From assembly GCF_003334355.1 (NCBI RefSeq), contig NZ_QOWP01000087.1: a DNA stretch of 1,443 nt. One strand, given 5' to 3'. Source of the DNA: Escherichia coli (lineage in GTDB: Bacteria; Pseudomonadota; Gammaproteobacteria; Enterobacterales; Enterobacteriaceae). The position numbers were made by a program, and so were the translations under genes. The notes under the pieces were generated by a model. That model searched no databases, was not told the origin of the DNA, and worked only from the letters and a program-made list of their open reading frames with translations. Each line of letters opens with the position of its first letter. The stretch's first letter is position 1. Shown here piece by piece: positions 1 through 1,443 of the stretch.

Positions 1-31
1 TGTACTGACCCCAAAAAGTTGGACAGTTAAA
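1..31. repeat. Terminal inverted repeat at the orfB-proximal end (IRR in the element's own orientation)
   Basis: TGTACTGACCCCAAAAAGTTGGACAGTTAAA; shares the terminal TGTACTG and internal GTTGGAC blocks with the opposite end. The inner boundary is approximate. Confidence 0.8.
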
Positions 32-878
32 CACGAGGCATATAGGTCTGATTCCGATATTCAATTGGAGTCAGACCTTTTAATTTCAGGCTAATTCTTC
101 TGCTGTTGTAGTATTCAATATATTCCGTAACAGCATCCTTCAGTTCGCTTATATTACTGAACTCATCAAGATAAAAACACTCCGACTTTAAGGTTCCAAA
201 GAAACACTCCACCACAGCATTATCCAGACAATTGCCTTTTCTGGACATGCTTTGTTTAATACCATGTTCTTTAAGGATATTTTGATATCTTCTCATACGA
301 TACTGCCATCCCTGGTCAGAGTGCAGAACAGGATGCTCGTGAGGATTAAGCTTTTTGAATGCCTGATCGAGCATATTCTCAACCATGTTCATCACTGGTC
401 TTTCCGAAAGGCTGTAAGAAATAACTTCGTTGTTGAAGAGATCTATTACTGGAGACAAATACAGCTTGCGCCCATTGACTGCAAATTCAGTAACATCGGT
501 AACCCACTTCTCGTTTGGCCGCGTAGCCTTGAAATCTCTTTGGAGAACATTAGGGGCGGTTTGCCCTACCTCTCCTCTGTAAGAGCGGTATCGCTTGACC
601 TTAATCGCTGCTTTAAGTGAGAGGGTTCCCATCAGGCGCTGAACAGCTTTATGGTTAATCTGTTTCCCTTCTCGATGAAGAGACAGCGTTACCCTACGGT
701 ATCCGTATCGGCCTCTATTCTCGTGATAAATCTCACTAATACGCTTTTTAACGTCCGCATACTTGTCAGGCTTGCTGAGAGCCTTTAGATGATAATAAAA
801 CGTACTGCGCGGTATCTCCGCAGCCCTGAGAAGCTCATCAAGAGGATAAAACTGCCTTAGCTCGTTGAGTACTTTCAC
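27..878 (-). CDS. insK: IS3-family transposase OrfB (InsK-like): DDE/RNase H-fold integrase catalytic domain, 283 aa if initiated independently at GTG
   Basis: ORF track 27..878 (-). The first codon is GTG (878..876), overlapping the orfA TGA stop as GTGA. DDE triad located by hand: D128 (GAT, 497..495, motif WVTDVTEF), D188 (GAC, 317..315, motif HSDQGWQY), E224 (GAG, 209..207, motif [17 protein letters not shown]); D-to-E spacing 35 residues. The stop lies 26 nt from the window's left end. Confidence 0.93.
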
Positions 879-1396
879 TTTTTCGTGGGATGAGCTAAGG
901 CTTTCAGCTTTTTTAGATACATAAGCCGCGTTTCAAGAAATCGAACTTGCCTTTCAAGATCCTCAATGCGTCGGTCTTTTGACAGCTCCAATGCTGATGC
1001 CGCTTTTTCTGGATCAACTGATATTGCAATGTTTCTTTTGGTGCCAATCTTGAGCGCGCGTAAACCAGCTTCTCCGCGCTCTTCATAGACCTTCAGCCAC
1101 CTGGCTACAGAACCACTACCAGCAAGCATAAAGTGAGCAGCAGCCTGATTAAGGGACATGTGCTGCTCGATCACAGCTTTCACGACCTTAATACGCAACT
1201 CTGGATCAGCACTAACGCCTTTAGGTTTGGGAATTAAACCTTTTTCTCCATGTTTTTCATAGAGGGCAACCCATGTCCTGACCTGGGTTCGGGGGACACC
1301 AAAACGTGCCGAGATGATCCTGTAACCATCATCAGTTGTGAAGTAGTGATTCACGACTTCAAGGCGCTTTTCAAAAGGGTATTTTGGCTTTGACAT
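27..1396 (-). CDS. insJK: Predicted InsJK (OrfAB) transframe fusion transposase, made by programmed -1 ribosomal frameshifting at 914..908; roughly 455 aa
   Basis: OrfA zero-frame codons CTA AAA AAG place the heptamer A AAA AAG at 914..908. After a -1 slip the reading continues GCT GAA AGC CTT AGC TCA TCC CAC GAA AAA GTG AAA GTA..., with no stop, straight into the orfB frame (checked by hand). The length is an estimate from coordinates, not a verified translation. Confidence 0.8.
854..901 (-). promoter_or_regulatory. Frameshift-stimulating mRNA stem-loop: perfect 10-bp stem, 28-nt loop holding the orfA stop and orfB GTG start
   Basis: Plus 854..863 GCCTTAGCTC is the exact reverse complement of plus 892..901 GAGCTAAGGC. 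On the mRNA the 5' arm begins 6 nt (CTGAAA) after the heptamer, a typical spacer for -1 frameshift stimulators. The loop (891..864) contains the GTGA overlap at 878..875. Confidence 0.8.
875..1396 (-). CDS. insJ: IS3-family transposase OrfA (InsJ-like): DNA-binding HTH protein with C-terminal leucine zipper, 173 aa
   Basis: ORF track 875..1396 (-); ATG at 1396..1394, TGA at 877..875. HTH-like segment [24 protein letters not shown] (aa 25-48, about nt 1324..1253). Leucine heptad L147/L154/L161 (about nt 967..896). Begins 47 nt inside the element's right end in window coordinates, as expected for IS3-family orfA. Confidence 0.93.
   Translation of the reverse strand: MSKPKYPFEKRLEVVNHYFTTDDGYRIISARFGVPRTQVRTWVALYEKHGEKGLIPKPKGVSADPELRIKVVKAVIEQHMSLNQAAAHFMLAGSGSVARWLKVYEERGEAGLRALKIGTKRNIAISVDPEKAASALELSKDRRIEDLERQVRFLETRLMYLKKLKALAHPTKK
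908..914 (-). promoter_or_regulatory. Slippery heptamer A AAA AAG (X XXY YYZ) for programmed -1 frameshifting
   Basis: Plus strand 908..914 = CTTTTTT, so the minus strand reads A AAA AAG in the orfA zero frame (L161-K162-K163). Lies 31 nt upstream of the orfA stop. Confidence 0.85.
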
Positions 1397-1425
1397 ATTA
1401 GGGGCTATTCCATTTCATCGTCCAA
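1397..1425 (-). promoter_or_regulatory. Candidate orfA promoter inside IRL: -35-like TTGGAC (1425..1420); no convincing -10 or Shine-Dalgarno found
   Basis: Minus-strand sequence upstream of the orfA ATG: ...GTTGGACGATGAAATGGAATAGCCCCTAAT-ATG. TTGGAC matches the sigma70 -35 consensus at 5/6. The only hexamer at 17-bp spacing (CCTAAT) abuts the ATG, and the best purine run (GGAAT) is a weak SD. This is inference; IS3-family promoters are typically weak and partly within IRL. Confidence 0.3.
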
Positions 1426-1443
1426 CAAAATGGGTGCAGTACA
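1413..1443. repeat. Terminal inverted repeat at the orfA-proximal end (IRL in the element's own orientation)
   Basis: Reverse complement of the 3' end reads TGTACTGCACCCATTTTGTTGGACGATGAAA. Against window 1..31 (TGTACTGACCCCAAAAAGTTGGACAGTTAAA) it matches 18/24 over the first 24 nt and 22/31 over 31 nt. Conserved blocks are TGTACTG (terminal) and GTTGGAC (18-24 from the tip). The inner boundary is approximate. Confidence 0.8.

Larger units (their letters stand above)
1..1443 (-). mobile_element. IS150: Complete IS3-family insertion sequence, IS150-like (IS150 subgroup); transposase genes on the minus strand
   Basis: Seen in sequence: 5'-TG...CA-3' termini with imperfect terminal inverted repeats; two overlapping minus-strand ORFs (173 aa HTH protein, then 283 aa DDE protein in the -1 frame); A AAA AAG slippery heptamer plus downstream stem-loop. 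Established knowledge: this is the canonical IS3-family layout, and 1443 bp plus the InsJ/InsK sequences match my recollection of E. coli IS150. Not verified by alignment. Confidence 0.93.

Noticed and set aside
1-26. Rho-independent terminator after the orfB stop
   Set aside because: The 26 nt downstream of the orfB stop on the minus strand are terminal inverted repeat sequence, with no GC-rich hairpin followed by a U-tract. Any terminator would lie in host flank outside the window.
252-620. 122-aa plus-strand ORF ([15 protein letters not shown]...) inside and antisense to orfB
   Set aside because: It lies wholly antisense to the conserved DDE domain, has a low-complexity composition unlike any protein family I recognise, and has no evident ribosome-binding site. 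It is most likely a chance open frame on the opposite strand of a real gene.
864-891. Small internal hairpin (CAC...GTG) within the 28-nt loop as a pseudoknot element
   Set aside because: It is only 3 bp and AT-poor context does not support it; it cannot be distinguished from chance without folding calculations.
1420-1425. TTGGAC in the IR as a definitive -35 element
   Set aside because: The same GTTGGAC block occurs in both terminal repeats, so its conservation is better explained by transposase binding than by promoter function. It is kept only as a low-confidence promoter candidate.
1-1443. Possibility that the window hides a novel defence or accessory system
   Set aside because: All 1443 bp are accounted for by the IS: terminal repeats, orfA, orfB and the frameshift cassette. 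There is no intergenic space, no cargo ORF, no CRISPR-like repeat and no RNA gene. Calling it novel would be unsupported.

Overview
The whole 1443-bp window is one complete copy of an IS3-family insertion sequence, and I recognise it as IS150 (IS150 subgroup) of Escherichia coli. This is from memory of the element's length, its TG...CA termini and the InsJ/InsK protein sequences; no database search was run. The transposase genes read on the minus strand: orfA (insJ, 1396..875, 173 aa) and orfB (insK, 878..27, 283 aa), overlapping by 4 nt (GTGA). A programmed -1 frameshift site (A AAA AAG heptamer at 914..908, followed 6 nt later by a perfect 10-bp stem, arms 901..892 and 863..854) would give the InsJK fusion transposase. 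OrfB carries an intact DD(35)E triad (D128, D188, E224). Imperfect terminal inverted repeats occupy both ends and share the blocks TGTACTG and GTTGGAC. I see no cargo genes, CRISPR, RNA genes or other system beyond the IS, and no sign of a previously undescribed system. The window ends exactly at the IS termini, so target-site duplications and insertion context cannot be assessed.
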